Shown here piece after piece: positions 25,837 to 34,547 of a stretch of DNA of 59,264 bases (position 1 is its first letter; each line of letters opens with the position of its first letter). Made by a program: the position numbers and the translations under genes. The DNA lies in IMG/VR virus record IMGVR_UViG_3300009481_000013, positions 1 to 59,264 of that record; one strand, written 5' to 3'. The notes under the pieces were generated by a model. It was not told where the DNA came from, did no database searches, and saw only the letters and a program-made list of their open reading frames with translations. The DNA comes from a virus. Lineage: Duplodnaviria; Caudoviricetes.

Positions 25837-26097
25837 ATGGAAGAAGTAAAAGAAGTTCAGAAACAAGGGAAAACTTGGAAGAATTCAGCTTATAAAGCTA
25901 CATTTGAAGAAGCAGACGCTATTCGTATTGAACGCCTTCTAGAGCCTGGTACAGAGGCTAAGGTTAAATGGCTTGAATCAGAGAATAGGTTCGTTGTAAA
26001 GGTCCGTAGAGACCCCATTATAGAGGCATCTGAGAAGCTTTTCGGAGGCAATGCTAAAAAGAAGGGCAAGAATAAGAAGAAAGGTAAGCGCAAATAG
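25837..26097 (+). CDS. hypothetical protein
   Basis: AGGAG RBS. Confidence 0.6.
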   Translation: MEEVKEVQKQGKTWKNSAYKATFEEADAIRIERLLEPGTEAKVKWLESENRFVVKVRRDPIIEASEKLFGGNAKKKGKNKKKGKRK

Positions 26098-26099
26098 AC

Positions 26100-26128
26100 T
26101 TGACAAAAATAAAATGCTATGCTAGAAT
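26100..26128 (+). promoter_or_regulatory. sigma70-type promoter
   Basis: TTGACA-17-TAGAAT, TG extension. Confidence 0.8.
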
Positions 26129-26141
26129 GGGTAAGCATTGA

Positions 26142-26216
26142 GCGCCTAGGGAGGACGGTGTCCTCAGCGGGACTTATAATCCGCGAAAGTCGGCTCGTAC
26201 CCGAATGGGCGTACCA
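26142..26216 (+). tRNA. tRNA-Ile(UAU), atypical
   Basis: loop CT-TAT-AA, bulged anticodon stem, degenerate T loop, ACCA. Confidence 0.7.
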
Positions 26217-26232
26217 AAGAAAGAGAGATAAG

Positions 26233-26670
26233 ATGTCTAATACATATTTCATCACTACAAATCAGCATTTTGATTATGAAGAAGTGATAAAGTCAGTAAA
26301 TGACACTTTGAAGCGTCTTAAATATGACGATGTTGTTCACGTTTCGACAATAGATTTGTTTGATCAAATAAATATTGTAATGCCAGGAGTATCTTGTGCA
26401 TTCTTTATGATGTCAAAACGAAGGATTGAATATTCATCGCCACGAGGCGCCTTCGCGCAATGGTTGGTAACCTCTATCGAGAACGACATTGCACTGAAAT
26501 ACAACGGCTGGATGGGTGATGAGAACGAGAGATGGCGAGGAGAACATAATAAATATCCAACATATGAAAGTTGGATTGCAGCAATGACTTCTCATATAGA
26601 AGATAATGACTTGCGCTTTTTATTGTCTGAGAGAATGAGGCAAGAAGCACCAAAGAAAGAGAGCGAATAA
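26233..26670 (+). CDS. hypothetical protein
   Basis: ORF after tRNA. Confidence 0.6.
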   Translation: MSNTYFITTNQHFDYEEVIKSVNDTLKRLKYDDVVHVSTIDLFDQINIVMPGVSCAFFMMSKRRIEYSSPRGAFAQWLVTSIENDIALKYNGWMGDENERWRGEHNKYPTYESWIAAMTSHIEDNDLRFLLSERMRQEAPKKESE

Positions 26671-26918
26671 TGAGTAAAGATTCACGAACGAAAACAGAAC
26701 GAAAGTATTACATTCAACATTTCAAGAAGCCAAACTGGCTTGATTGTCGAAAAATGAAAGGCGTTCAAGAGGTGTTTGGCAGCCCCGAACACGCAAAGCA
26801 AATGATGGACAAAGTGATGACGCATTTCAATGACTTTGTCCCAATGAACTATCGACTTGTTGAGCGAACGACCATCGTGATTGATGAGCCGCTTGAGAAG
26901 TTTGGAAAAGGTTGGTAA
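26670..26918 (+). CDS. hypothetical protein
   Basis: coupled ORF (TAATG). Confidence 0.55.
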   Translation: MSKDSRTKTERKYYIQHFKKPNWLDCRKMKGVQEVFGSPEHAKQMMDKVMTHFNDFVPMNYRLVERTTIVIDEPLEKFGKGW

Positions 26919-26922
26919 ATAT

Positions 26923-26999
26923 GCGCCGGTAGTCAAACTGGATTGGCACTTGATTACGGATCAAGATTAATGTGGGTTCGAGTCCCGCGCGGCGTGCCA
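26923..26999 (+). tRNA. tRNA-Arg(ACG)
   Basis: cloverleaf, GCCA. Confidence 0.88.
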
Positions 27000-27004
27000 A
27001 ATAT

Positions 27005-27121
27005 GGGGGGCGATAGTGTAAGTTGGTATGCACGCCTGCAAGGACGCTTGAGGAAGCGAGGATTAATTACCCTTGTGACTGCGGGAAGGTTTGTAGGTTC
27101 GAACCCTACCGTCCCCCACTA
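27005..27121 (+). ncRNA. tRNA-like RNA with ~39-nt branched insert replacing the anticodon loop
   Basis: GGGGGGCG/CGTCCCCC, D arm GTGT/GCAC, CCTGC/GCGGG stem, GTAGG-TTCGAAC-CCTAC. Confidence 0.7.
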
Positions 27122-27136
27122 TTTCACGGAGAATAG

Positions 27137-27340
27137 ATGAATCTAAAAGATTTTAGAAAGAAGTATGAAGAGAAGCTCGGATACTTTCAAAAAGAAAAAA
27201 CAAACGCACGTTCTAAAGGTAGAGTTATGAATTGCAGGACTGCAATCAAGATTGTTGACGAACTGCTAACTGACCTTGGTGATCTAGAAGAGCACATTGA
27301 CGCTTCTTATATGGAATTTGAAGAACTAGTTGATGAATAA
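27137..27340 (+). CDS. hypothetical protein
   Basis: GGAG RBS. Confidence 0.55.
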   Translation: MNLKDFRKKYEEKLGYFQKEKTNARSKGRVMNCRTAIKIVDELLTDLGDLEEHIDASYMEFEELVDE

Positions 27341-27344
27341 ATAT

Positions 27345-27419
27345 GGACAGGATCCCGAACGATTAGGGTCTGGATTGCAAACCCAGTATTAGTGAGTTCG
27401 ATTCTCACCCTGTCTTCCA
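27345..27419 (+). tRNA. tRNA-Cys(GCA)
   Basis: cloverleaf, U73 CCA. Confidence 0.85.
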
Positions 27420-27436
27420 CTTGAAAGAAAAATGAG

Positions 27437-27709
27437 ATGAACAAAAAGTACCATCCACTACAACAGATTTACAAGGCAAAAGGTGATCGCCCAAGGTTTC
27501 GTTCAAATGAGATTGTCAAACTTCTTTTGAAGCTTGGACCATTCGATTTAAACAAGCTTCATAACTTTAAACTATCTGATGAGGATTGGCTCCAGTTTTA
27601 TCAACTCATTGGTTATTCGGTTGATGGCTTTGCAGAACTTAACAAGTCTCAAAATAATCCAGAAGTGATTGAAGAAGCAGACAGAATTGTTGAAGAGTAT
27701 GGGCTTTAG
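27437..27709 (+). CDS. hypothetical phage protein
   Basis: HPLQ…RFRSNEIV…QLIGYSVDGFAEL. Confidence 0.6.
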   Translation: MNKKYHPLQQIYKAKGDRPRFRSNEIVKLLLKLGPFDLNKLHNFKLSDEDWLQFYQLIGYSVDGFAELNKSQNNPEVIEEADRIVEEYGL

Positions 27710-27713
27710 GTAT

Positions 27714-27786
27714 GCGCCACGCGACGGATTCGCAGATTCGGTTTCTACCCTTATCGTTCTAGGTTCGACTCCTAGGTGGCGTGCCA
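27714..27786 (+). tRNA. tRNA-Arg(UCU), short D arm
   Basis: acceptor and T arm intact, loop TT-TCT-AC, GCCA. Confidence 0.7.
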
Positions 27787-27790
27787 TTTT

Positions 27791-27863
27791 GCCCTCTCTA
27801 AGGGATTTTAGACCTAGCTTTCCTAAAGCCGGTGGAACAGTTCGACTCTGTTAGAGGGTGCCA
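27791..27863 (+). tRNA. tRNA-Arg(CCU), short D arm
   Basis: acceptor and T arm intact, loop TT-CCT-AA, GCCA. Confidence 0.7.
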
Positions 27864-27971
27864 CAAAGGAGAACAAATGACTAAAAAAGAACTCAAGAAA
27901 GAGAACAAGAAACTTAAGAAGAAGCTCGAAAAGCTTGAGAGATTTCGTCGAGAAGTTCAGGGAACTAAACG

Positions 27972-28166
27972 ATGAAGAGAACTGAGTTTATAGACGGCAA
28001 GCCTGTAGCAGTTGAAGTTGATGTTGTAGAAGAGGCGTTCAACAAGTGGTGGGAACAATATTGTTTCTACAATAGTAATTACAATGCTACACTAACAATA
28101 CGCGAAGCTTATAAGGCAGGTTTTCAAGCTTGTCAAAATATTAACAACCCAGACGTAGGAATATAA
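27972..28166 (+). CDS. hypothetical protein
   Basis: ORF. Confidence 0.5.
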   Translation: MKRTEFIDGKPVAVEVDVVEEAFNKWWEQYCFYNSNYNATLTIREAYKAGFQACQNINNPDVGI

Positions 28167-29633
28167 ATGAATGAATTTTTGAGTGAAGTATACGGTGATT
28201 TGGAAAAAGAACTTAAGCAAATTTGTGATTATGAGGTTCCAGAAAATTACGTAGCTCCTTTTAATCCAAGTTCAATGCAAATAAGTAGCGTTTTTCAATT
28301 ATTGAATAAGCAACATTTGGGTAATTTCTCCGCACCAGGCGCAGGAAAAACTCTTGCTGCTATTTTGAGTAGTTGTAAACTTGATGCTAAGTTGACCGTG
28401 ATCTTTTGCCCGAATAACGTGGTTGGAGATAATGGATGGGTGAAAGAGTTGGCAAAATGTCTCCAAGCGGACTCTTATGAGGTTCAGCTTAAGACTTGGA
28501 GTCCTGTTTGGAAGTCTAAAAATAAGCCAAGGTATTTGATTTTAACTTATGAAGGAGGCTTGCAAGCAGAAGATTCATCATTGCAAGCCAAAACTTTTCT
28601 AGAAGAAAACAAAGTAGATTTTCTCGTTTTAGACGAGATGCATTATGCCAAGCGCCGCTCTGAAGAAACTTCTGCTCGTCACGATGTTTTGATGAACTTC
28701 CGAATTCAAGCAGGAGAAGATAATCCAGATCTGCATGTTTTAGGGATGACTGCTACTCCTGTTGTCAATAATCTTACAGAAGGGAAACACACTATAGAAA
28801 TGATCAAGGGTGAAGAGAACGATTCTCTTGAAACGAGGAAAACCCTCGACAATGCCATGAAAATGCATCAAGAGTTTTCTCGTTGTAGTCTACGTGTTAT
28901 TCCAGATTATGAAATAGAATGCGAAGAATGTGATATTCCAATTAAAGGCGACTCACATTTGGAAGAATTTCTCTCTTTGGGAGATAATCCAACAGAAAGT
29001 AAGGTCGATAGATTACTTACTGAGATTAAAATGTCAACTATTTTGGAGAATCTTGTTCCAAAAACCATCATCTATACTCACTACGTAGATGGAATCGTTT
29101 CTTTGTTGAAAAAAGAAGTTTCTGCTGCTAATTGGACAGTAGGAGTTTACACAGGTGAAGATAAAAGTGGATTGGAAGGTTTTTGGAAGGGAGATATTGA
29201 TGTTTTGATTGCAAGTAGCGCAATTGCAACAGGAGTTGATGGTTTGCAAGACATTTGCGATCGTATTATTATCTCCAGTTTGCCTTGGACTAATGCGGGC
29301 TATCAGCAGCTGGTTGGTAGGGTTTATAGAAAAGGACAAAAGAAAAAAGTTGATATCTTTCGGCTTCTTGTTTATGTTACTGATCCAGAGACTGGCGAAG
29401 AACGATCTAATGATCGACGAAGAATGCAAATCATCGAAAACAAGGAAACTATTGCTGATGCTGTGCTGGATGGCTCTATTGGTAGAGACGCAGAGGAAAA
29501 AATCACTCAAAAGAAAGCAAAGAGAGCATTTGTTAAGTGGACTCAAAATATTGCTAAGGGAGACGTGAAGACTCATGTTGTTACTCCTCTTGAGCCAAAA
29601 TGGGATGCCACTAATCGAAAAGGTGATAAGTGA
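28167..29633 (+). CDS. superfamily 2 (DEAD/DEAH-like) helicase
   Basis: APGAGKT, LDEMH, MTATP, ATGVDG, QLVGRVYRKGQ. Confidence 0.9.
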   Translation: MNEFLSEVYGDLEKELKQICDYEVPENYVAPFNPSSMQISSVFQLLNKQHLGNFSAPGAGKTLAAILSSCKLDAKLTVIFCPNNVVGDNGWVKELAKCLQADSYEVQLKTWSPVWKSKNKPRYLILTYEGGLQAEDSSLQAKTFLEENKVDFLVLDEMHYAKRRSEETSARHDVLMNFRIQAGEDNPDLHVLGMTATPVVNNLTEGKHTIEMIKGEENDSLETRKTLDNAMKMHQEFSRCSLRVIPDYEIECEECDIPIKGDSHLEEFLSLGDNPTESKVDRLLTEIKMSTILENLVPKTIIYTHYVDGIVSLLKKEVSAANWTVGVYTGEDKSGLEGFWKGDIDVLIASSAIATGVDGLQDICDRIIISSLPWTNAGYQQLVGRVYRKGQKKKVDIFRLLVYVTDPETGEERSNDRRRMQIIENKETIADAVLDGSIGRDAEEKITQKKAKRAFVKWTQNIAKGDVKTHVVTPLEPKWDATNRKGDK

Positions 29634-31171
29634 TGAAGATTAAGTTAAACAATCTGACAGTAACTCATCCAGAGCTATGTAAAAATTGGAGCCCTAAAAA
29701 TGAAAAAGGACCAGAGCATTATACAAAGAGGACAGCAAGAGAAGTTTTTCTTGATTGTCCCACTTGTAAATGTGAATATCTAACTAAAGTTGCAAATCTA
29801 ACGAGGGTTAAGGGTGAAACTTGTCCGAAATGTCGAATTGTTAACAACCTAACAACAACTCACCCAGAACTTTGTAAGGAATGGAGCCTCAAAAACGAAA
29901 AAGGACCAGAGCACCATACTGCCGGTGAAAATAAAAAAGTTTGGTGGGATTGTCCAACTTGCGATGAATCGTTTGATTCTTCTCCAAATTCTAGGACCCG
30001 CGCCGGGGTCGGTCGTGGTTGTCCCTATTGTTCAGGTCGTAAAGCAGGTTCTAATAGCAACCTAACAACAACTCACCCAGAACTAGTCAAAGAATGGAGT
30101 CCCAAAAATGAAAAGGGTCCTGAAGAATATACAAAAGGTTCAAATAAAAAAGTTTGGTGGGATTGTCCAACTTGTGAAATGACATATCCAGCCCCGCCCA
30201 AAAAACGTACCGTTGGTCGTGGTTGTTCCTATTGCGCCGGTAAAAGAGTATGTTCCAATAACAACCTAACAACAACTCACTCAGAACTTTGTAAGGAATG
30301 GAGCCTCAAAAACGAAAAGGGTCCTGAAGAATATATCAATGGCTCAGGAGAAAAAGTTTGGTGGGATTGTTCAGTTTGTAATGATTCGTGGAATGCTGCT
30401 ATTGTTAGCCGAGCGCGAGGCGCTGGTTGTCCCTATTGTTCAGGTCATAAAGCAGGTTCAAAAAATAATCTAGCAGTAATTAATCCTGATTTATGTAAAG
30501 AATGGAGTCCTAAAAACGAAAAGGGTCCTGAAGAATATACCCCAGGTTCAGGTTATAAAGTGTGGTGGGATTGTTCAGTTTGTAATGATTCGTGGAATGC
30601 TGCTATTTTTAGCCGAGCGCGAGGCGGTGGTTGTCCCTATTGTTCAGGTCAAAGACCTATTAAAAAGCTTCGCTCTATTCTTAAAGGGGTAATGTCTTTT
30701 ATCGATATCTTACCTTCATCAGAACTTTATGCTATCTTACAACAAGAGGGTGTTTCAAAGGCTAGATTAAAGAGAGTGTCAAAAGCAAAGAGGATTCTTC
30801 CTCCAAAAGATGTAGCTGCCTTCGTTGAGGGTGAAGAAGATACAACAGTAGAAGAGATGCTTCTAAAGGACGAAGAAGATTATTCTTTAGAGACCAAAGA
30901 ACTTCTAAAAGAAGGAGATAATCTGAGTGTTGAAGCTGAAGTAGATTTTTCAGACATTATGAATAAGAATGTTGATTCTCTTGTGTTTTTGATGAGCAAC
31001 AATTTTCGGCGCTGCTCTGATGATGATACTGCGACGTTTTTGATTGAGAAGGCAAAAGATCGAATTCGACAAGTAATAAACATAATAAGAGATAGAGATG
31101 GCAATGAAGCAGCAATGACTCATCTTCATTCTTCTTGGGCGTTGGCAGAGGAAAAGAGTAAAGTTGGATAA
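29630..31171 (+). CDS. zinc-ribbon (DUF4379-like) repeat protein
   Basis: five repeats THPEL.KEW..KN…KVWWDCxxC…GCPYC. Confidence 0.85.
   Translation: MMKIKLNNLTVTHPELCKNWSPKNEKGPEHYTKRTAREVFLDCPTCKCEYLTKVANLTRVKGETCPKCRIVNNLTTTHPELCKEWSLKNEKGPEHHTAGENKKVWWDCPTCDESFDSSPNSRTRAGVGRGCPYCSGRKAGSNSNLTTTHPELVKEWSPKNEKGPEEYTKGSNKKVWWDCPTCEMTYPAPPKKRTVGRGCSYCAGKRVCSNNNLTTTHSELCKEWSLKNEKGPEEYINGSGEKVWWDCSVCNDSWNAAIVSRARGAGCPYCSGHKAGSKNNLAVINPDLCKEWSPKNEKGPEEYTPGSGYKVWWDCSVCNDSWNAAIFSRARGGGCPYCSGQRPIKKLRSILKGVMSFIDILPSSELYAILQQEGVSKARLKRVSKAKRILPPKDVAAFVEGEEDTTVEEMLLKDEEDYSLETKELLKEGDNLSVEAEVDFSDIMNKNVDSLVFLMSNNFRRCSDDDTATFLIEKAKDRIRQVINIIRDRDGNEAAMTHLHSSWALAEEKSKVG
29647..30650 (+). repeat. intragenic tandem repeats (~205-215 bp) encoding zinc ribbons
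   Basis: near-identical DNA blocks, e.g. AAAAACGAAAAGGGTCCTGAAGAATATA and TGGGATTGTTCAGTTTGTAATGATTCGTGGAATGCTGCTATT. Confidence 0.85.
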
Positions 31172-31178
31172 ATGCAAT

Positions 31179-31689
31179 ATGTTAGGACAAGTATTTCATT
31201 ATTGGACTGTTAAATCAAGAGACCCTATCAAGAAAAGGTATTGGATTTGCTCTTGCAAATGTGGGAGTGAGAAATCTGTTTTTTGAAAGTAACTTAAAAT
31301 CAGAGAAGTCTAAAAGTTGCGGCTGTTGGGCAAAAGAAAAAGCATCCCGACCAAGAATAGATGACACCAATCCTGCTTTAAGAAGATTAATCCATTCCTA
31401 TCGATTCAATGCGAAGAGCAGAGGGTTAGAATGGAATCTTACAATAAAACAGTGTGAGGTCATTTTTCAAGAAAATTGTTTTTATTGCGGTGCTGAACCA
31501 AGCAAAGTAAGAAAGACAGGTATTAATCACTTTGTTTATAATGGGATTGATCGAAAAGATAACACCAAAGGGCATGATATTGGGAATGTTGTTTCTTGTT
31601 GTTTTATTTGTAATAGGGCAAAAAGTGTTCTAACAGTGGAAGAGTTTCTTGAATGGATTGAAAGAGTAAATACCTACCAACGCTCCTAA
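31179..31689 (+). pseudogene. HNH homing endonuclease split by +1 frameshift at T6 (31279-31284)
   Basis: frame 1 MLGQVF…WICSCKCGSEKSVF*; frame 2 ESNL…SCGC…CFYCG…GIDRKDN…NVVSCCFICN. Confidence 0.75.
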
Positions 31690-31709
31690 AAACACACAAC
31701 ATTTAATGC

Positions 31710-31738
31710 TTGACAGCCTCCATCTGGTCTGCTAAAGT
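31710..31738 (+). promoter_or_regulatory. sigma70-type promoter
   Basis: TTGACA-17-TAAAGT, TG extension. Confidence 0.7.
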
Positions 31739-31758
31739 GGATTAGATGGAGGTTTCTT

Positions 31759-32322
31759 TTGATTACAGAAATCAAGTTTAAAAAAGGTAAAGATGCTTGT
31801 CCTACTATCGAATGGCGTAGGAAGATGTCTGACGAGGAGTTTAAAACAGCAACTGAAAAAGTTGTTTGTTTTGCGGCTTCTACGGGAGTAGAAGTTAAGT
31901 TTTCTTCTCGTTACAGGTGTACACACAAAGTGTGTGATAAAATCATTTATATGAATTCGAGAATGAAGCCATCGAAGACTTATTATATTCTCCTTCACGA
32001 AATGGGACACAGTGTTATTCAGAGCTATATGACCAAAGGACAGGATCATTCAGAATATATGTTGAATTATCCAGGCAATGTAGATGAAAACACTATGTGC
32101 TATACAGCTGAAGGCGGTCGTGAACATCTTCTTTCCAAGAAAGACCAACGTCGACGAAATATTACAATCATTCACGAAGAACTTGATGCTTGGCGCAAAG
32201 GAATCGATATCGCGGCTATACTTCAATTACCATTGAGTTTGTACGATTACTATTCAATGGCTACAAAAGGTGTTGAATCCTACGTGGTTGGAGCAGTAGT
32301 CGATGGAAACTTGAAGCTTTGA
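31759..32322 (+). CDS. zincin-like metallopeptidase
   Basis: LLHEMGH…HEELDAW; GGAGGT RBS. Confidence 0.7.
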   Translation: MITEIKFKKGKDACPTIEWRRKMSDEEFKTATEKVVCFAASTGVEVKFSSRYRCTHKVCDKIIYMNSRMKPSKTYYILLHEMGHSVIQSYMTKGQDHSEYMLNYPGNVDENTMCYTAEGGREHLLSKKDQRRRNITIIHEELDAWRKGIDIAAILQLPLSLYDYYSMATKGVESYVVGAVVDGNLKL

Positions 32323-32342
32323 AGAAGATCCGAGAAAGTAAC

Positions 32343-32371
32343 TTGACAAAGGCGAAATGATCTGTTAGGAT
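32343..32371 (+). promoter_or_regulatory. sigma70-type promoter
   Basis: TTGACA-17-TAGGAT; spacer identical to that at 40733. Confidence 0.8.
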
Positions 32372-32387
32372 CTATTTAAGGAACACC

Positions 32388-32511
32388 GGACGAGATTCCG
32401 GCTTGAGGAAGACAATGTTTATTTCAAAGTTACATAAACAAAATACCATCGGCTATCATTTGTGGTATAGCCATGCGAACGCCCTCAAGTCTTATTTGGG
32501 CTAATCTCTCC
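32388..32511 (+). ncRNA. candidate structured ncRNA (~125 nt)
   Basis: GAGATT/AATCTC, CTTGAGG/CCTCAAG, TGTTTAT/ATAAACA, GGCTAT/ATAGCC helices. Confidence 0.5.
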
Positions 32512-32536
32512 ACAAAACCCCCTAAAACTAATGTAT

Positions 32537-32612
32537 TGTAGGAGAGGCGTCTGGGTGACGCCGGGCGATTGTTACTCGCTTGAGGTTGGTTCGAGTCCAA
32601 CTCTTACAACCA
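32537..32612 (+). tRNA. tRNA-Asn(GUU)
   Basis: cloverleaf, ACCA. Confidence 0.8.
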
Positions 32613-32689
32613 TTGCAGGTAGTATTAAAAAATAAAACGTCGGTCTGTTAAACCGAAAGATGCGAGTGGGAGTCTCGCCCTGTAAGCCA
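32613..32689 (+). tRNA. tRNA-Asn(GUU), degenerate D/T loops
   Basis: TCGGT-CTGTTAA-ACCGA arm, GCCA. Confidence 0.65.
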
Positions 32690-32840
32690 AGAAAGAAGGA
32701 AGAATGTTTGAGTGGGTGATGAGATTGATTAGAAAACGCATTAATCCTAAAAGGATGTGCGACGATTGTCTAAGAGAGTTTACTTATCAGACCAAATCTG
32801 GTAAGATGCTATGTGAGAAGTGTCACAGGAGGCAAAATAA

Positions 32841-33257
32841 ATGAAGCCAGCTTGGGATCAAATTTGGATGGACTTAGCGGTAGCAATATCGCAACGTTCA
32901 AATGATCCTAAGTTCAAAGTCGGCGCTGTAATCGTCACAAGAGACAATGAGTCTGTTTTGTCGCTCGGTTACAATGGAGACGAAAAGGGTGGAGACAACA
33001 TTAGAGACAGCTTGGAAACAGGATGCTCTGGATTCATTCACGCTGAAGTTAACGCAGTTGCTAAAATGAACTATGTTGACCCAAGAGAGAGAAAGATTTA
33101 TCTGACTCACTCACCTTGCCTTGTATGTGCTAGATTGCTCGTCAATGCAAGAATTTCAGAAGTCATCTTTAGGGAAGAATATAAATCAGACACGAAAGGA
33201 CTTGACTTACTCAGAGAACGTGGTATAGTAGCTAGACAGTCAGAATACTGGGAATAG
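32841..33257 (+). CDS. dCMP deaminase
   Basis: KVGAVI…GYNG…HAEVNA…SPCLVC. Confidence 0.9.
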   Translation: MKPAWDQIWMDLAVAISQRSNDPKFKVGAVIVTRDNESVLSLGYNGDEKGGDNIRDSLETGCSGFIHAEVNAVAKMNYVDPRERKIYLTHSPCLVCARLLVNARISEVIFREEYKSDTKGLDLLRERGIVARQSEYWE

Positions 33258-33270
33258 AAAGGAAGCAGAA

Positions 33271-33930
33271 ATGACGGATCTTAAAGTAGTTTGCATTAGC
33301 GATACGCACAATCAACTTGACACGTTGAATATTCCAGACGGCGACGTTTTGGTTCACGCTGGAGACTTTTCGATGATGGGCACTGAAGAAGAAGTAGTTA
33401 AGTTTTTTGAAGATTTTTCTGCACTACCTCATTATGTGAAGATTTGTATCGCGGGCAATCACGATTTTATGCCTGAGAAAGACCCTGGTGGTTTTCGAGC
33501 ACTTCTTCCCTTGGGGATTACTTACCTAGAGGATACCAGTGTTACGATTGAAGGAGTGAAGTTTTACGGTACTCCTTGGGTTCAAAACTTACCACGTTGG
33601 GCGTTCAACATCGATGATGTAAAAGAACGTGCAAAGAAGTGGGAGATGATTCCAGACGATGTCGACGTATTGATTACGCACGGTCCTCCATATGGAATCC
33701 TTGATTTGCTCAAGTACCCACGCGCAGGCGAAGATCCTCACGTTGGATGCAGTGCTCTCAATTATGAGGTGCTGGAGCGAATCAAGCCGAAGTACAATGT
33801 CTTTGGACACATCCACGAGGCAAGAAGCACACGTAAGATCGGAGAAACTACTTTCATCAATGCTTCTATTTTGGATGAAAAATATAGAATCAAAAATGAA
33901 CCGTACATATTTAACATTGGAGAGGAATAG
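33271..33930 (+). CDS. calcineurin-like metallophosphoesterase
   Basis: SDTH, HAGD, GNHD, THGPP, GHIH. Confidence 0.92.
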   Translation: MTDLKVVCISDTHNQLDTLNIPDGDVLVHAGDFSMMGTEEEVVKFFEDFSALPHYVKICIAGNHDFMPEKDPGGFRALLPLGITYLEDTSVTIEGVKFYGTPWVQNLPRWAFNIDDVKERAKKWEMIPDDVDVLITHGPPYGILDLLKYPRAGEDPHVGCSALNYEVLERIKPKYNVFGHIHEARSTRKIGETTFINASILDEKYRIKNEPYIFNIGEE

Positions 33931-34092
33931 AAATGAGTTGTTTGTATTGTGGTGGTGAAAGCTGCGGATCCTCCGCAGGAGGATCTGAAATGTGTAACAA
34001 CACAGGAAAAGATAAGGAAAAGGGAAAGAAAATGAAAAAGTACAAACACAAGCAATAAGGTTCGGACTGCACCTGTTAAAGCAGTCCCTTGT

Positions 34093-34176
34093 GGGATTGT
34101 GGCAGAGTGGCTTATGCACCTGACTCTTAATCAGCGCCGAAAGGCAACGTGGGTTCGAATCCCACCGGTCCCACCA
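34093..34176 (+). tRNA. tRNA-Lys(CUU) with long variable arm
   Basis: loop CT-CTT-AA, GCC-GAAA-GGC variable hairpin, ACCA. Confidence 0.85.
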
Positions 34177-34255
34177 ACAGGTGTAACTCAATTGGATTAA
34201 GAGTAACGGGCTTTTACCCTGGAAGTTGTGGGCATCCAATCCACCACCTGTACCA
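34177..34255 (+). tRNA. tRNA-Lys(UUU), degenerate T loop
   Basis: ACAGGTG/CACCTGT, loop CT-TTT-AC, ACCA. Confidence 0.7.
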
Positions 34256-34269
34256 TATCGGAGAAGAAA

Positions 34270-34530
34270 ATGATAGATATAGTAGGAAACGAAATCAAAG
34301 AAAGAGATGTCATAATATACGCCAACGATAATGGGTTTTTAACCTTTGCAATTGTTGAAAGTGTGAATGATGAACGTTTGGAAATCTTGGAAAAGGGTTA
34401 TCGAGATGTAGTACACAAAAAGGTCCTAGTAAGACCTAATAACACATTGTTGATAACTGGACAGATAGACCTACCTACGCCTGGGAATATTGATTCTCAA
34501 ATAAACTTTCTCAGGTCTTTAAAGAAGTAA
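34270..34530 (+). CDS. hypothetical protein
   Basis: GGAG RBS. Confidence 0.55.
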   Translation: MIDIVGNEIKERDVIIYANDNGFLTFAIVESVNDERLEILEKGYRDVVHKKVLVRPNNTLLITGQIDLPTPGNIDSQINFLRSLKK

Positions 34531-34547
34531 AGAGATTGATGATTTAT

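Noticed and set aside
21800-27854. ORF-track entries overlapping tRNA/tmRNA genes (e.g. 23085-23282, 25159-25446, 26943-27140, 27669-27854)
   Set aside because: Spurious translations of RNA genes
29647-30650. CRISPR array or DGR template/variable repeats
   Set aside because: In-frame protein repeats without spacers; differences not adenine-specific; no reverse transcriptase in window
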